The translations under genes were made by a program, and so were the position numbers. The notes below the pieces were generated by a model, which was not told the origin of the DNA, searched no databases, and saw only the letters and a list, made by a program, of their open reading frames with translations. From Octopus bimaculoides (Eukaryota): a DNA stretch of 50,111 bases. The stretch is taken from the NCBI RefSeq assembly GCF_001194135.2, contig NC_068982.1, positions 2,388,349 to 2,438,459 on the forward strand, written 5' to 3'. Of the stretch, positions 50,097-50,111 are shown piece by piece. How positions within the stretch are numbered: the stretch's first letter is position 1; every line of letters begins with the position of its first letter.

Positions 50097-50111
50097 ATTA
50101 TTATTATTATT

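Overview
This is AT-rich, repeat-dense eukaryotic genomic DNA with 15 N gaps, most flanked by microsatellites. The SINE and LINE repertoire matches what I recall from octopus (coleoid cephalopod) genomes; this is recognition from memory, not a database search. I found no confidently identifiable host gene, and the window looks intronic or intergenic. The long ORFs in the track are gap (X) or microsatellite artefacts, or decayed transposon frames. Contents: many decayed non-LTR retrotransposons (R4/Dong-like RLE LINEs, CR1/L2, RTE, L1/Tx1), Penelope-like element pieces (RT, GIY-YIG and a minimal hammerhead ribozyme motif), two dead mariner transposons, at least three tRNA-derived SINE families, a solo LTR and two foldback structures. 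The most interesting signals are: (i) R4/Dong-like elements that appear partitioned between (TAA)n and (CATA)n microsatellite targets, (ii) a Penelope-type hammerhead with a U4C core variant, (iii) a 5'-inverted Penelope RT, (iv) adjacent inverted SINEs able to form long dsRNA, (v) a mariner relic with exon-like splice sites, and (vi) strong minus-strand bias of LINEs. All translations were done by hand, and element boundaries are approximate.
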